Virus record (IMG/VR): IMGVR_UViG_3300044262_000006
Location: 1 to 36,399 of that record
Origin: a virus
Taxonomy: Duplodnaviria > Caudoviricetes
DNA: 36,399 nucleotides
Direction: 5' to 3' (one strand)
A model generated the notes under the pieces. The model saw only the letters and a program-made list of their open reading frames with translations. It searched no databases and was not told the origin of the DNA. The position numbers and the translations under genes were made by a program. Shown piece by piece: positions 35,626 through 36,399 of this stretch (position 1 is the first letter of the stretch; each line of letters opens with the position of its first letter).

Positions 35626-35961
35626 ATGACGGTATTAGTAAAAGCGCTTATCGCAGCCAAGCAGGCCGAAAACATACAGACAACCCAGTACACGGCCACC
35701 AATTGCCGCGCGATCATTGATAAATTCACCGCCACAAATACTAGCGCCAACAACGTCACGATCAGCGTTAACTTAGTGACAAGCGGCGACACAGCAGGGG
35801 CAAATAATCTGGTGGTTGACGCTAGAGCAATTGCTCCAGACGAAACGTACACATTTCCAGAGCTTGTCGGCCAAGTGTTAGAGCCAGGAGGCTTTATTTC
35901 AACCATAGCAAGCGCCGCCGTTGCCGTGACAATCCGAGCAAGTGGACGAGAAATCACTTGA
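35626..35961 (+). CDS. Small beta-sandwich virion protein (paralog B)
   Basis: TQYTAT...TATNTS...VLEPGGFI...VTIRASGRE. Confidence 0.7.
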   Translation: MTVLVKALIAAKQAENIQTTQYTATNCRAIIDKFTATNTSANNVTISVNLVTSGDTAGANNLVVDARAIAPDETYTFPELVGQVLEPGGFISTIASAAVAVTIRASGREIT

Positions 35962-36017
35962 CAAGATAAAATCTGTGTAATAATCCAGCCACTGAGTAAT
36001 TCGGGCGCCCAGTGGCT
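35958..36017 (+). promoter_or_regulatory. Possible sigma-70 promoter plus leader hairpin upstream of gp14-like/ejection genes
   Basis: TTGACA at 35958; TG-T-AATAAT at 35976-35984 (short spacing); hairpin AGCCACTG/CAGTGGCT at 35987-36017. Confidence 0.5.
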
Positions 36018-36035
36018 CGGCATCATAGAAAGGTA

Positions 36036-36399
36036 ATGATGGCCGTGGCATTATCCGAAGGGATCACAGACGAGCGCTTGGTAGAGGTCTATTCTGACCC
36101 CTATATATCGCGCATCGGCCACGACCATCGCGCAGCGGCGCCGATAATCCACCCAAACGTTACTTATTTATCTGCATTTGTTGATAGCGAATTCGCTGGC
36201 GCGTTTATGGCGATCAGGTTGTCGGATATTGACTACGAGCTTCACGCGCTGCTCAAAAGATCGGCAGCGCTGCACTCTAGGGCGCTTGGTATGCAATGCC
36301 TTGAGTGGGCGTTTTCGCGCCCAATCCTGCGTGTTACGACGAGCATTATCCAAGGGCTAGAGTCTGCGCGGAACTATTGCATTAAACTAGGCTTTCGCC
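36036..36399 (+). CDS. 5' part of GNAT-fold gp14-like gene (continues through the join to 225)
   Basis: AAAGG RBS; MMAVALSEGITDERLVEVYSDPYI...ELHALL open to window end. Confidence 0.8.
   Translation, partial: MMAVALSEGITDERLVEVYSDPYISRIGHDHRAAAPIIHPNVTYLSAFVDSEFAGAFMAIRLSDIDYELHALLKRSAALHSRALGMQCLEWAFSRPILRVTTSIIQGLESARNYCIKLGFR
36273..36399. repeat. 127-bp terminal direct repeat (copy 2)
   Basis: Identical to 1-127. Confidence 0.97.

Noticed and set aside
1-36399. Stop-codon reassignment
   Set aside because: Core genes are full length under the standard code, and TAA, TAG and TGA all terminate genes.

Overview
The window is an apparently complete ~36.27 kb circular phage genome: bases 1-127 are identical to 36273-36399, most likely an assembler overlap. 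It has a P22/Sf6-like podovirus virion module (terS, terL, portal, scaffold, coat, gp4/gp10/gp26/gp14-like, gp7/gp20/gp16-like ejection proteins, tailspike) and a lysis cassette on the + strand. A leftward early/recombination arm carries Sak4-like ATPase, DUF669, Cas4-like nuclease, SF2 helicase, MazG-like, HslV-like and VRR-NUC genes. A rightward replication arm carries a Cro-like HTH and a TOPRIM primase-helicase. I see no integrase, CRISPR array or canonical tRNA. Four features stand out. (1) A 148-nt CCA-ending tRNA-mimic ncRNA in which the anticodon region is replaced by a multi-hairpin domain (16092-16239, minus). (2) Three ungapped 60-bp promoter-like repeats that punctuate the accessory early region around that RNA. 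(3) A primase-helicase whose apparent C-terminal domain is split off by a ~200-bp palindromic, origin-like insert flanked by matching CCC codons, with a second copy of that domain in the next gene. (4) Two paralogous HNH-like proteins that lack the usual catalytic His. All family assignments come from motif recognition and synteny; no database searches were run.
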